DNA from: Planctomycetia bacterium
GTDB taxonomy: Bacteria; Planctomycetota; Planctomycetia; Pirellulales; UBA1268
Direction: 5' to 3'
Assembly: GCA_046074725.1 (NCBI GenBank)
Contig: JBJTOU010000038.1
Coordinates: 1 to 63,841 of the forward strand
DNA: 63,841 bases
The position numbers and the translations under genes are program-made. The notes under the pieces are model-generated. The model was not told where the DNA came from. It ran no database searches and saw nothing but the letters and a program-made list of their open reading frames with translations. This document shows positions 1 through 10,289 of this stretch, one piece after another (the first letter of the stretch is position 1; each line of letters opens with the position of its first letter).

Positions 1-1549
1 CGCCTTCGTGGCGGAGTCGGCGGCCGCCGGGATCGACCTGTTCCGGGTGTTCGACCCGCTCAACTGGGTGCCGAACATGACGGTGGCGATGGACGCGGTG
101 CTCGAGAGCGGCGCCATCTGCGAGGCGGCGATCTGCTACACCGGCGACGTGCTCGATCGGGCACGAACGAAGTATTCCCTCGGCTATTACGTCGATCTCG
201 CCACGCAGCTCGAGAAGTGCGGCGCCCACATGCTCGCCATCAAGGACATGGCGGGCCTCTGCAAGCCGTTCGCGGCGGGGAAGCTGGTGAAGGCGTTGCA
301 CGACGAGATCGGCATCCCGATCCACTTCCACACCCACGACACGTCGGGCGCACAGATGGCGACACTCCTGGAAGCGGCTCGCAACGGCGCGAGCGTGGTC
401 GATGCGGCCTTTGCGCCGTTCGCCGGGCTGACGAGCCAGCCGAATCTCAACGCGCTCGTCGATGCCGCCCGCCACTCACCGCTCGACACCGGCCTCGATC
501 CCGAGCCGCTGCGGCACCTGGCTCATTACTGGTCCGCGGTCCGCGACCACTACACGGCCTTCGAATGTGGCATGAAGGCGCCCGATGCCGACCTCTACCT
601 CCACGAGATGCCGGGCGGACAGTTCACGAACCTGCTGGAACAAGCGAAGGCCCTCGGCCTTGGCGATCGGTGGGAGGACGTCTGCCGCGCCTATGCCGAC
701 GTCAACCATCTGCTCGGCGACATCGTGAAGGTCACCCCCACGAGCAAGTCGGTGGGCGACCTCGCGCTCTTGCTCGTGACCAACGGCATGCAGGCCTCCG
801 AACTGCTCTCCGATTCACGCGAACTCGCCTTCCCAGAGTCGGTGATCGATCTGGTGGCCGGGCGGATGGGGCAGCCACCGGGCGGATTCCCGGCGGACGT
901 GGTGAAGCGGGTCGTGTGCAACGGCAAGGTCGTCACAGGTCGCCCCGGTGAGTCGCTGCCGCCGGCCGATTTTCACGCTGCCGAAAGGAAGACGGCTGAG
1001 ATCGTGGGCCGCACGGCCTCTCCCCGGGAAGTGCTCTCATGGCTCCTCTACCCGCGGGTATTCCAGGACTACGCCCAGCATGTCGCGAAGTTCTCCGACG
1101 TGAGCGTGCTCCCCACGCCCGCGTTCCTGGAGGGCGTCAAGCCGGGCGAGGAGTTGGCCGTCGATATCGAGCCTGGCAAGACGCTCGTCATCCGCCTGCT
1201 CACGGTCGGCGAGCCCCATGCCGACGGCACACGGACGGTATTCTTCGAGCTCAATGGCCAGCCGCGAAGCGTGTCGATCGCCGACAAGAGCCTCGAGGCG
1301 AAGGTGCAGCGGCGGCCGAAGGCGGTTGCCGGCGACGCCCGCGAGGTGGGCGCCCCGATGCCGGGGCTGATCGTGACGGTGGCGGTCCGCTCGGGCGATG
1401 CGGTGACGAAGGGGCAGAAGCTGCTTTCCCTCGAGGCGATGAAGATGGAGACGACGGTCTATGCCGAGCGGGATGGCTCGGTGGCCGAGGTGCTCGTGTC
1501 GCCCGGCACGCCCGTCGAGGCCCAGGAACTGCTTGTCCGCTACGGCTGA
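1..1549 (+). CDS. pyc: Pyruvate carboxylase, C-terminal part (carboxyltransferase and biotin carrier domains); 5' end is outside the window
   Basis: Motifs FRVFD, IKDMAG, HFHTHDT, HEMPGGQ and VKVTPTSK; biotin attachment site EAMKM near the C-terminus; frame is open from the window start. Confidence 0.96.
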   Translation, partial: AFVAESAAAGIDLFRVFDPLNWVPNMTVAMDAVLESGAICEAAICYTGDVLDRARTKYSLGYYVDLATQLEKCGAHMLAIKDMAGLCKPFAAGKLVKALHDEIGIPIHFHTHDTSGAQMATLLEAARNGASVVDAAFAPFAGLTSQPNLNALVDAARHSPLDTGLDPEPLRHLAHYWSAVRDHYTAFECGMKAPDADLYLHEMPGGQFTNLLEQAKALGLGDRWEDVCRAYADVNHLLGDIVKVTPTSKSVGDLALLLVTNGMQASELLSDSRELAFPESVIDLVAGRMGQPPGGFPADVVKRVVCNGKVVTGRPGESLPPADFHAAERKTAEIVGRTASPREVLSWLLYPRVFQDYAQHVAKFSDVSVLPTPAFLEGVKPGEELAVDIEPGKTLVIRLLTVGEPHADGTRTVFFELNGQPRSVSIADKSLEAKVQRRPKAVAGDAREVGAPMPGLIVTVAVRSGDAVTKGQKLLSLEAMKMETTVYAERDGSVAEVLVSPGTPVEAQELLVRYG

Positions 1550-1581
1550 CGCGGCTGCGGGCGGCCTGCCTCGCGATCGGT

Positions 1582-2391
1582 CTAACGGGATGATGTCAAC
1601 GCAGCGTTCTCGCCCGGCGCGAGTTTCACGTCGGTGGCAGGTGTGCCGTCGTCCTGGAGTTTGCCGGCCACCCAGAGCGTGCCACGGGTGACAAGGTCGA
1701 GGAACTCCGGCATTTTCACGGTCTCGGTGTAATGGCCGATCGTCGTGCCAAACACTCGAGTGCCGTGGTAGTCGTTGATCCAGGCCACCGTCTGGCTGCT
1801 CTTCCGCTCCCGGCTCATCGCCTCGGCGAGCGGCTTGGCTGTTGCAAAAAGTCGATCGCAGTAATAGAGCTCCTCCTTCGGGAGTTTCCACTCCTTCGGC
1901 AGGCCATGCACGATCGGGTGGTCGGTGATGATGTTCGCCGTGTAGTCATGGTGGGCGCCGTGACCTGGCGAGGTGATACCACAGAACGCATACCATTCGT
2001 CACTCGGCAGCCGGTAGGAGTGCATCGCGCAGTGCATCAGCACGGCCGGCACGCCCCGTTTGTGCTCGGCGAGGATACGTGCCACGAAGGTGGCATCGTC
2101 GACCTTGCCGAAGCACTCGTTGTGGAAAACCACGTCGTAGCCCTTCGACCACTCGGGGCGGGCATAGATAGACACGCGATGGTCACGTTTGTCGCCACCC
2201 TCGTGGACGATGGTGAAGGCCATCCTCGCCCGCGATGAGAGCCCCTCGGAGATCGCTTGCTTCTGCCCTTCGTAGTCGTGGCAGCAGCCACCCGTGATGT
2301 AGAGCACCTTGAGCGTCCTGCCCGCCTCCGCGGCATTGGCCAAGCAGGGAAGGAGGGCGACGGCAAGGGTGAAGAGCACCCGCATGAACAT
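1582..2391 (-). CDS. Secreted ThuA-like (class I glutamine amidotransferase fold) protein
   Basis: Signal peptide MFMRVLFTLAVALLPCLANA; motifs ITGGCCHDY, LMHCAMHSY, EELY and RVFGTTIGH; start placed at the ATG before the signal peptide. Confidence 0.8.
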   Translation of the reverse strand: MFMRVLFTLAVALLPCLANAAEAGRTLKVLYITGGCCHDYEGQKQAISEGLSSRARMAFTIVHEGGDKRDHRVSIYARPEWSKGYDVVFHNECFGKVDDATFVARILAEHKRGVPAVLMHCAMHSYRLPSDEWYAFCGITSPGHGAHHDYTANIITDHPIVHGLPKEWKLPKEELYYCDRLFATAKPLAEAMSRERKSSQTVAWINDYHGTRVFGTTIGHYTETVKMPEFLDLVTRGTLWVAGKLQDDGTPATDVKLAPGENAALTSSR

Positions 2392-2638
2392 TCTCCATGT
2401 CTCCACCATTCCGAGATCATACCGTTTGCTGCCACACCGGCGCATCACCCCCGGCCGGTCATGCCGATTGTGCGGAACGTGAGGCTTGGCGGCCCGAACA
2501 GAAGAGTGGTTTTCGTGATCTCAAAAAAATCGTCGTGACATGGATGGCGGGAGCGGCAACTCATGAGGATGAAGGGCCGATCCGGCGGTGGATGCGGCTC
2601 ACGAAACTCAAACCGTTTTCTTGAAAGGGTGGTTGTCT

Positions 2639-2926
2639 ATGGATCCCCAGATCATCAGCTGGATCGTGAGCCTGATCGCCGGTGGTGCCGGTGGTAATGT
2701 CGTCGGGGCGCTGCTCAAGAACCGGAACCTCGGCCCGCTTCTCAACACCGTCCTCGGTGTCGTCGGCGGTGGGTTCGGTGGCAAGATCCTGCCGATGCTC
2801 GTACCGGCCATCGGTGCGCTCGTCGGAGGGAATGAGAGCCTCGCCGGCACCGGCGGCCTCTCCGCGATCATCGGAGCACTGCTGCCGCTGATCGTCAGCT
2901 ACCTCAAGAAGCCGGCGCAGGCCTGA
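2639..2926 (+). CDS. Small glycine-rich membrane protein (three GxxxG-rich helices)
   Basis: MDPQIISWIVSLIAGGAGGNVVGALLK...; three hydrophobic segments; purine-rich GAAAGGG upstream; followed by a terminator. Confidence 0.8.
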   Translation: MDPQIISWIVSLIAGGAGGNVVGALLKNRNLGPLLNTVLGVVGGGFGGKILPMLVPAIGALVGGNESLAGTGGLSAIIGALLPLIVSYLKKPAQA

Positions 2927-2951
2927 TCGGGTCCGTTTGCGAATCGACAGC

Positions 2952-2990
2952 ACGGCCGGGGGACGGCATGCCCCCCGGCCGTCGCTTTTT
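2952..2990 (+). terminator. Rho-independent terminator
   Basis: Stem ACGGCCGGGGG / CCCCCGGCCGT followed by CGCTTTTT, 26 nt after the stop of the small membrane gene. Confidence 0.8.
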
Positions 2991-3001
2991 CAGGGAGCGG
3001 A

Positions 3002-3625
3002 TCACTTCACCAGTTCCTTGAACAACTTCCGTACCTTCTGCACCTTGGGTGCGGCCGCAGCTTGGCAGTAGGGCTGGAGCGGGTTCTTCGAGAAGTAGTT
3101 CTGGTGGTAGTCCTCGGCGGGGTAGAACGTCGTCGCTTTCGTCACCTCGGTGACGATCTTCCCCGGAAACACCCTCGCCGCGTCGATTTTTCGGATGATG
3201 TCCTCGGCGATCCGCTTCTGTTCCTCGTCGTGGTAGAAGATGCCCGAGCGATACTGCGTGCCGACGTCGGCCCCCTGGCGGTTGAGCGTGGTCGGATCGT
3301 GCGTGGCGAAGAACACCTCCAGAAGCTTCTGAAATGGCACCAACGCCGGGTCGTATTCAATCTCGATCGCCTCGGCATGGCCGGTGAGTCCGGTGCAGAC
3401 GTCCTTGTAGGTCGGATTCGCGACGCTGCCGCCGATGTAGCCGCTGGTGACTGACCGCACCCCCTTCAACTCGGCATACACGGCTTCGGTACACCAGAAG
3501 CAGCCGCCTGCGAACGTCGCCTTGGCGGTCACCTGTGGCTTCTCTTCGGCGCGAGCGCCATCCGATCCAACGGCATCGACCATGATCGCTCCCGCAACGA
3601 GACATCCGGCCACAACGCGGTTCAT
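3002..3625 (-). CDS. msrA: Peptide methionine (S)-sulfoxide reductase with an N-terminal signal-like sequence
   Basis: Active site GGCFWC; GHAE, HDPTTLNRQGADVGTQYRS and AEDYHQ; start ATG overlaps the mpg stop (ATGA). Confidence 0.95.
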   Translation of the reverse strand: MNRVVAGCLVAGAIMVDAVGSDGARAEEKPQVTAKATFAGGCFWCTEAVYAELKGVRSVTSGYIGGSVANPTYKDVCTGLTGHAEAIEIEYDPALVPFQKLLEVFFATHDPTTLNRQGADVGTQYRSGIFYHDEEQKRIAEDIIRKIDAARVFPGKIVTEVTKATTFYPAEDYHQNYFSKNPLQPYCQAAAAPKVQKVRKLFKELVK

Positions 3626-4188
3626 GACTTCATCTCCGACTCTGGATTGTAGGCCAGCCGCCGCGGATCGACGACATACCGCAGCGGCTTCTCGGCCCAT
3701 GCGCCAGCGTACCCGACGCCAATCCGCGGCGTGCGCTCGATTCGACGCCGCGGAATCTCGATGGTCCGCGGCTCCAGCCACATCCCGGCCCGCTTTCCCG
3801 CCGGGCGGCCGTTGAAGGACCTGTCGATGCCGAGGCCCTTCGTGACGCGGCCCGGGCCCGCGTATGCCCCGGCACCACGGATCAGCACCGCCGCCGGCAC
3901 GCCTTCGGCCCCGGTCACGACGTTAAGCATCCAGTGGATCCCGTAGCAGAGGTAGACATACCAGTGCCCTGCCGGGCCGAACATCACGGCATTCCGTTTG
4001 GTCATCCCCTTCGAGCCGTGGCAGGCCAGATCATGGGCGCCGAGGTAGGCCTCGGTCTCGAAGACCACATGCCGCGTCACCCGGCCGTCGGCACCGCGCA
4101 CCGCGAGCACCGCGCCGATCAACTCGCAAGCAACCCGGTCCGCCGGCCTGTCGAAGAAGTCCCGAGAAAACTCACGCGTGCGATTCAT
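3622..4188 (-). CDS. mpg: DNA-3-methyladenine glycosylase (MPG/AAG family)
   Basis: ETEAYLG, YVYLCYGIHWMLNVV, AVLIRG, GPGR and PRIGV motifs. Confidence 0.92.
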   Translation of the reverse strand: MNRTREFSRDFFDRPADRVACELIGAVLAVRGADGRVTRHVVFETEAYLGAHDLACHGSKGMTKRNAVMFGPAGHWYVYLCYGIHWMLNVVTGAEGVPAAVLIRGAGAYAGPGRVTKGLGIDRSFNGRPAGKRAGMWLEPRTIEIPRRRIERTPRIGVGYAGAWAEKPLRYVVDPRRLAYNPESEMKS

Positions 4189-4372
4189 GAAGTTTCTCAC
4201 GTTTTGCGGGTTCACGATTGGAGTGCGCGCGGTCTTCGGGAAGCGGGAGCCCGGGCGATCGGGGGAAGTCGAGGCGAGTGGGCGTATCCTCGCCCTCCGA
4301 AGCCGAGGCTTTCACCGTCGCCCGGGCGGTTTTCCCACAGAGACGAGTGGTCTTCACGATCTCCCATCCGGC

Positions 4373-4402
4373 TTGGGTGATCGACAGCCAATATTCTAAG
4401 AT
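4373..4402 (+). promoter_or_regulatory. Candidate sigma70-type promoter for ychF
   Basis: TTGGGT-N18-TAAGAT about 40 nt before the ychF ATG; an overlapping TAGAAT on the minus strand (4393-4398) could serve mpg. Confidence 0.4.
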
Positions 4403-4443
4403 GCCGCCCTCGGAAATATCGCACGCGGAGCCACACAACACCC

Positions 4444-5535
4444 ATGGAAGCAGGCATCGTCGGGCTGCCGAACGTCGGCAAGAGCACGCTCTTCAACGCC
4501 CTCACCCAATCGAAGGCGGCCCAAAGCGCCAATTACCCCTTCTGCACGATCGAGCCCAACGAGGGGATGGTGAGCGTGCCCGACGGCCGTCTGAGCCGGA
4601 TCACGAAATACATCCCGCCGCAGAAAGTGATCCCCGCCGCGCTCAAGCTCGTCGACATCGCCGGTATCGTGAAGGGTGCCAGCGAGGGCCAGGGGCTCGG
4701 CAACAAGTTCCTCTCCCACATCCGCGAGGTCGACGCGATCCTGCAGGTGGTCCGCTGCTTCGAGGATCCCGACGTGATCCATGTTTCGGGCAAGGTCGAT
4801 CCCGTCTCCGACATGGAGACGATCGAGATCGAACTGATGCTGGCCGACATCCAGCACCTTGAAAACCTGCTGCCCAAGGTTGAGCGGGCCGCGAAGAGCG
4901 CCGACAAGGAGGCGAAGCTCAAGGTGGAGGTGATGAAAAAATGCCTCGCCCACCTCGGCGGGCAGCAGCCGCTCCGGACGCTCGCCCTCGACGAGACCGA
5001 GCGAAAGGCCATGAAGGAATTCGGGCTGCTCACAGCAAAGCCCATCCTCTACGTCGCCAACGTGGACGAGACCGATCTCGAGGGCAAGGGGCCGCTCGTG
5101 CAACAGGTCAGGGCCGCGGCGGCGAAAGCGGGCGCGGAGGTGGTGCCGGTGTGCGCGAAGCTCGAGGCGGAGATCGCCGAACTCGACGAGGCCGACCGGG
5201 CCGAAATGCTCGCCGGCGCGGGCCTCTCCGAGCCGGCACTCGCGGTGCTGGCCCGCGCCGCCTACCGCACGCTCGGCCTGCAGAGCTACTTCACGGCGGG
5301 GGAGAAGGAGGTTCGGGCCTGGACGATTCCCGTCGGCGCCCTCGCCCCGCAGGCGGCCGGCGTGATCCACACCGACTTCGAGAAGGGCTTCATCCGGGCC
5401 GAGATCTACTCGCTCGAGGATCTGGAGCAGTATCGGAGCGAGAAGGAGATCCGGGCCCACGGCCGGCTCCGCGTCGAGGGCAAGGACTACGTCATGCACG
5501 ACGGCGACATCTGCCACTTCCTGATAAATCGGTAG
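4444..5535 (+). CDS. ychF: Redox-regulated ATPase YchF (Obg family)
   Basis: [39 protein letters not shown] and C-terminal TGS domain. Confidence 0.98.
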   Translation: MEAGIVGLPNVGKSTLFNALTQSKAAQSANYPFCTIEPNEGMVSVPDGRLSRITKYIPPQKVIPAALKLVDIAGIVKGASEGQGLGNKFLSHIREVDAILQVVRCFEDPDVIHVSGKVDPVSDMETIEIELMLADIQHLENLLPKVERAAKSADKEAKLKVEVMKKCLAHLGGQQPLRTLALDETERKAMKEFGLLTAKPILYVANVDETDLEGKGPLVQQVRAAAAKAGAEVVPVCAKLEAEIAELDEADRAEMLAGAGLSEPALAVLARAAYRTLGLQSYFTAGEKEVRAWTIPVGALAPQAAGVIHTDFEKGFIRAEIYSLEDLEQYRSEKEIRAHGRLRVEGKDYVMHDGDICHFLINR

Positions 5536-5541
5536 TTTCAC

Positions 5542-5630
5542 GCCCGCGGGGCCATCCATGGCCCCCGCGGGCTTGGGCGAGATGCGAGCCAGCTCGCATC
5601 TCGCTCCGTGAGCCCGCCCTCCAGGCGGGC
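5542..5630. repeat. Three consecutive inverted-repeat hairpins between convergent genes
   Basis: 5542-5572 GCCCGCGGGGCCAT-CC-ATGGCCCCCGCGGGC; 5577-5604 perfect 13-bp GCGAGATGCGAGC-CA-GCTCGCATCTCGC; 5612-5630 GCCCGCC-CTCCA-GGCGGGC. Confidence 0.75.
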
Positions 5631-5643
5631 AATCCGCTTGATG

Positions 5644-8600
5644 TCAGGCCGTCGCTGATTCGGACCGCGCGGGAACGGGGTGCTGGGGTGTTTCCTGCTG
5701 CAGGTAGTCCGGCAGCCAGTCGTCGTCACCCTCGTCGGTCGAGCCGGCCGCATGACCATCGGCATCCTGCTCGTCGTGCTCCTCGGGCATCTGACCACCG
5801 ATGAACGAGTAGGCGACCGGGATCATGATCAGGATAAGAACCGTGGTGACCATCTCGCCGAAGGTCATCGCGGCGGCCATCGGGATCAGGAACTGCGCCT
5901 GGAAACTCTTGTCAAAGAGCAATGGAAGCAGGCCACCCACGGTCGTGATGCTCGTGAGAAACACCGGCCGGAATCGCACGCAGCCGGCCTCTCGGATCGC
6001 GAGGTGCAGCGGTCGCCCCTCGCGGACACGGGCGTTGATGAAGTCGATTAGCACGATCGAATCGTTGACGACGATCCCCGCGAGTGCCACCACGCCGAAC
6101 ATGGTGAACAAGGAGAGGGGCATTCCCATCATGGCATGGCCGAAGACGGCCCCGGCGGCTCCGAACGGGATCGCCGTGAGGATCAGGAGCGGCTGAAGGT
6201 ACGAGCGGAATTCGACCGTCAGCAGCACGAACATCGCGAACACCGACACGATGAACCCGAGGCCGAGGCTGCGCAGCGACTCGTTGGTCTGCTCCTGTTC
6301 ACCCTCCCAGCGGACCCGGACGGCGGGATAGTCGGCCTCCATCTCCGGCAGAAGCCGCTGCTGGAGGTCGGCGATGATCTGTCCAGGCGTGATTCCGGCG
6401 TTGGCATCGATGTCGGCGGTGATCGTGATCGATCGCTTCTGGCCGAGCCGGTTGATCTCGGAATAGCCCCTCGTCGCCGTCACATCGGCCACCTCGGTCA
6501 GCGGCCGATCGATACCGTCCGCGCCGCGAACCCGCACGTCGTCGAGAACGGAGAAGGCCCGCCGCTCGTCGCGAGGATAGGCGACCATGAGCTTCACCTC
6601 ATGGCGGCCACGCTGCAGCCGCATCACCTCCTCCCCGTAGAAACACCCACGGATCGTCGAGGCGACCTCCGCGAGCGACACTCCGAGGGTCTCCGCCCGA
6701 GACCGGATTTTCATCTGGTATTCCCACTTGCCGGGACGCGAGTCGTCGTCGATGTCGATCACGCCGGGGTAGTAGGCCAGCCACGACTTCGACCGCTCTA
6801 CGGCTGCCTCCAACTGCCTCACCGACTCGCCATCGGACGGCGCCAACAGTTTGAATTCGATCGACTTGCCGGCCGGACCGATATTTTCGGACTGGAAGAC
6901 GACACTTTCAGCCCCGGTCAGTTCGCCCGCCGCCTTCCGCCACTCGCTGACGAACGTTTCGCTGTCGATCGTCCGATGGACGGCGTCCTCGAGTTCAACG
7001 CTGACGGCTCCGAGATGACTGCCTGAGAACTTCTGCTCGGTCCCGGGCTTGCCCTGGGTCTCGAACGAGCCGATCGAACTGTAGACGAACGTGACGATCG
7101 GCCGGCCACCGGCCGACAGACGCTCCGCCGTCTCGTTGAGCGCCCGCTCCACCTGGGCGATGCCCCCCTCGGTCACGCTGGCGGGAGTGCCGTCCGGATA
7201 GATGAGCTTGGCCTGTAGCCGCTTTGCATCGACTTTGGGAAAGAGTTTGAAGGGTGTCGTGCCGCTCCGAATCAGCCCGAACGCCAAGATCAGAATTGCG
7301 GCCGCCCCCGAGAGCACGGCCCATCGGTTGTCGATCGACCACTCCAGCGCCGGGGCGTAGACCCGTTTCACGAACCACTTCAGGCCGTCATCGCACGACC
7401 GCTGGAGGAATCTCAGAATCGGCGAGAGGGGCCGCAGCGGCGTGCAGAGGAAGCGAAATACACGGAGCACGACACTCTCGTCATGCGCGAGATGTCCGGG
7501 GAGCACGAGAATCGCCTCGGAAAGCGACACGAGAAGCGTGGCGATGAACGCGAAAGGCATCACGGCGATGAACTTGCCCATCACCCCGGAGACGAACAGC
7601 AGTGGCATGAACGTGATCACCGTCGTCATCACGCCCGAGACCACCGACGGCACCACCTCGGCTGTTCCATCGATCGCGGCCTGGATCGGTCCCTTGCCCA
7701 TCCTGCGATGCCGTTCCACGTTGTCGCTGACGACGATGGCGTCGTCCACATCGATGCCCACCGCCATCAGGAAGGCGAACATCGAGAGCATGTTGAGCGT
7801 CTGGTCGGCGGCGAACATGAGCGCCCCGGTACCGAGCATCGACACCGGCACCCCCATCGCCACCCAGAAGCCGATCTTGATGTCGAAAAAAAGCGCCAGA
7901 ATCACGAACACGATCAGCAGGCCCTGGGTGCCGTTCGACAGGAGCATGTCGAGCCGCTCACGCACGTCGACGGACGCGTCGGCCCACGTCACGAGTTCGT
8001 AGCCCGGCGGGAGTTTGGCATTGGCCACGAAGTTCTTCACGGCCGCCACCATCGCGAGGAGATCCTCCCCGGAACTGCGGTCGACCGACACCGCCAACCC
8101 CTCCCGGCCGTTGATCCGGCTCGTACCGGCGACGTCGGCAAAGCCGTCGCGGACGGTTCCAAGGTCGCCCACGGTGAGCACGAGCCCGTCGGGCAGCGTG
8201 ACAAGCGGGATCGTCGCGATCTCTTCACCGACGTATTTCTTGTTCTTTCCCCGGAGAAGCACCTCGCCCCCCTCGCTGCGGATCGTGCCGCCGGGAAGCT
8301 CGAGGTTCTCGCGGCGGACGATATCGGCGACAGCCTTCAGGGTGAGGCCGTATTTGCGAAGCGTCTCCTCCGAGATTTCGATCGTGATCTCGTAGTCCTT
8401 GCCGCCGGCGATGTTCACCGCGGAGACCGTGGGGAGCGCCAGCAGGTCGTCCCGCACCCGCTCCGCCACCTCACGCAGTTCGATCTCCGATCGCTCATCG
8501 GATCCGGAACCTGGTGGCGCGAGCACGCCCACCTTGATCGCCGGCGTGCGGAGCGTGACCTGCTCGACCTTCGCATCCTCGGCGAGGTCCGGAAAACTCG

Positions 8601-8952
8601 GAATACGCTCCACTTCCGAACGGATTTCGCTTACGACCCGCTGCGGGTCATCGACATCGTCGTTCATCTCGAAGACGCAGTAGCCAGTGCCCTCGCGGGC
8701 CACGCTCGTGATCTTCTTTATGCCGACGACGCTCCGGCATGCCTCTTCGATTTTCTGGCAGATGCCCTCCTCCACCTCCTCCGGGGTCGCGCCCGGATAG
8801 ATGACCGACACCAGGGCCATCTCGAGGTCAAACTCAGGAAAAACCTCCCGCCTCATCGATGAGAAGCTGATCCACCCCACCACCATCACGGCGACCACGA
8901 GCACGTTCATCGCCGGCGTGTTGCGGACGGTCCACGCGATGATCGACTTCAC
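5644..8952 (-). CDS. RND efflux transporter permease subunit (AcrB/AcrD/AcrF family)
   Basis: 1102 aa; YPGATPEEVEEGI; TM4 VDDAIVV; GIVVNDSIVL; RFRPVFLTSITT; two large periplasmic loops. Confidence 0.95.
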   Translation of the reverse strand: MKSIIAWTVRNTPAMNVLVVAVMVVGWISFSSMRREVFPEFDLEMALVSVIYPGATPEEVEEGICQKIEEACRSVVGIKKITSVAREGTGYCVFEMNDDVDDPQRVVSEIRSEVERIPSFPDLAEDAKVEQVTLRTPAIKVGVLAPPGSGSDERSEIELREVAERVRDDLLALPTVSAVNIAGGKDYEITIEISEETLRKYGLTLKAVADIVRRENLELPGGTIRSEGGEVLLRGKNKKYVGEEIATIPLVTLPDGLVLTVGDLGTVRDGFADVAGTSRINGREGLAVSVDRSSGEDLLAMVAAVKNFVANAKLPPGYELVTWADASVDVRERLDMLLSNGTQGLLIVFVILALFFDIKIGFWVAMGVPVSMLGTGALMFAADQTLNMLSMFAFLMAVGIDVDDAIVVSDNVERHRRMGKGPIQAAIDGTAEVVPSVVSGVMTTVITFMPLLFVSGVMGKFIAVMPFAFIATLLVSLSEAILVLPGHLAHDESVVLRVFRFLCTPLRPLSPILRFLQRSCDDGLKWFVKRVYAPALEWSIDNRWAVLSGAAAILILAFGLIRSGTTPFKLFPKVDAKRLQAKLIYPDGTPASVTEGGIAQVERALNETAERLSAGGRPIVTFVYSSIGSFETQGKPGTEQKFSGSHLGAVSVELEDAVHRTIDSETFVSEWRKAAGELTGAESVVFQSENIGPAGKSIEFKLLAPSDGESVRQLEAAVERSKSWLAYYPGVIDIDDDSRPGKWEYQMKIRSRAETLGVSLAEVASTIRGCFYGEEVMRLQRGRHEVKLMVAYPRDERRAFSVLDDVRVRGADGIDRPLTEVADVTATRGYSEINRLGQKRSITITADIDANAGITPGQIIADLQQRLLPEMEADYPAVRVRWEGEQEQTNESLRSLGLGFIVSVFAMFVLLTVEFRSYLQPLLILTAIPFGAAGAVFGHAMMGMPLSLFTMFGVVALAGIVVNDSIVLIDFINARVREGRPLHLAIREAGCVRFRPVFLTSITTVGGLLPLLFDKSFQAQFLIPMAAAMTFGEMVTTVLILIMIPVAYSFIGGQMPEEHDEQDADGHAAGSTDEGDDDWLPDYLQQETPQHPVPARSESATA

Positions 8953-10289
8953 TTCACAGCCTCCGTGAGTTCCATGCCGTCACGCGGATTCGAAAGTTGG
9001 CTGACTACGACGCGGTCGTCCGGAAGGATGCCGCTTTCCTGCTCCTCGAAGATGATCCGCCCGGCGGCGGAGTGAAACGGTTTCGGCCGCAGGATCGTGA
9101 GCCTTCCATCCCGCATGACGAAAAGGTCGCCCGTGGGCCGCACCGACTCCTGGGGAACGGAAACGAGCGGCTGCGGGACATCGACATGCAGCCAGACCTC
9201 GACGAACATCCCTCGCAGCAGCGACGGCGGTGCGTCGGCGGGCAGCGAGGAGAGCGCCGCGCCGTAGCGGTCGATCGCCCGGAGCTTCGTCGGCTCCGAA
9301 ACCAGCACGCGGCACGGGAGCGTCCGAGTCTTTTCGTCGAGCCCCCTTCCCTCCTGCCGGGAGAGGACCCCGTCCCATTCGTAGCGGCGGTCACCCAGCG
9401 TGAACACGACCCTTGCGGGGATCTCTGGGAACCCGTTCGCCCCGTCGCCGTGGCTTCTTCCGGACAACACTCGGGCCACCTCGTCCATGCGAAGGCTCGT
9501 TTTCACCTCTGTGGACGATGTGTCCTCGATGGTCACAAGCGGGGAGCCCTTGGCCACGAACGAATCCTGTTCGACCTTGTCGTCCACCACGATGCCGTCG
9601 ACGGGCGACATGACCGTGGTACGGGTCAGGTCGAGATTCGCCTTTTCGAGCATCGTAGCGGCAAGCGACTGGGCCTCCAGGAGACGGCTCCGTTTCTTGG
9701 TCAGCACCCGCCTTTGGCCTTCGAGGCCCGTCAACGTATTGGTGGCGGTCAGCTCGTCGCGAACAGCCCGGTCGTGCTCCGTTTCGGTCACGATCCTGCC
9801 AGCCTTGAGCCCATCGAGACGCGCGACTTCCCGGCGGACGAGTTCGACCTGGCGCCTCGCAAGATCGGTCGAGGTTGCGTTTTGAACGATTTCCTCATCG
9901 ACTTCCTCGCTGGCAAGCCCAGCCTGCGCGAGTTCCTTTTCGAGCCGGGCGACGTCGAGTTGGTAGTCACGGGGATCGATCTCCAAGAGCACCTCGCCCT
10001 TCGACACGAGTTGGCCCCCGTCGCATGCTTCCGCCTTGCGAAGCACGCGGCCAGACACCTCGGCCGCGAGAGTAACCTCCCGAAGAGGCACGACCACACC
10101 ATCGACCTTGATGTCGATGCCGGCAGACTGCCGCTCGATCGGAGTCGTACGCACCGGCACGGCCTTCGGCGGTTCCTTGTCTTTGCGTGGCAGAGGCTTC
10201 GGTCCGCCAAGAACCACGAACCCGCTGACCGCGGCCCCGAGGATTACGAGCGGAAGGATCCAGCCGACGATCGTCTTCAGACTCTTCAC
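8949..10289 (-). CDS. RND membrane fusion (periplasmic adaptor) protein
   Basis: N-terminal TM; lipoyl half-motifs LAAEVSGRV and SPVDGIV; coiled-coil hairpin; 4-nt overlap with the RND gene. Confidence 0.92.
   Translation of the reverse strand: MKSLKTIVGWILPLVILGAAVSGFVVLGGPKPLPRKDKEPPKAVPVRTTPIERQSAGIDIKVDGVVVPLREVTLAAEVSGRVLRKAEACDGGQLVSKGEVLLEIDPRDYQLDVARLEKELAQAGLASEEVDEEIVQNATSTDLARRQVELVRREVARLDGLKAGRIVTETEHDRAVRDELTATNTLTGLEGQRRVLTKKRSRLLEAQSLAATMLEKANLDLTRTTVMSPVDGIVVDDKVEQDSFVAKGSPLVTIEDTSSTEVKTSLRMDEVARVLSGRSHGDGANGFPEIPARVVFTLGDRRYEWDGVLSRQEGRGLDEKTRTLPCRVLVSEPTKLRAIDRYGAALSSLPADAPPSLLRGMFVEVWLHVDVPQPLVSVPQESVRPTGDLFVMRDGRLTILRPKPFHSAAGRIIFEEQESGILPDDRVVVSQLSNPRDGMELTEAVK

Noticed and set aside
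2560..2612. Hairpin flanked by GATGA and GAAAC, resembling a hammerhead ribozyme core
   Set aside because: It lacks the CUGANGA core and clear stems I and III; probably an ordinary leader hairpin.
4216..4375. FMN-riboswitch-like words (CGACGGTGAAAG, CCGGATGGGAGA, TCTTCGGG)
   Set aside because: The words are in the wrong order or on different strands, and the neighbouring genes are unrelated to flavin metabolism.
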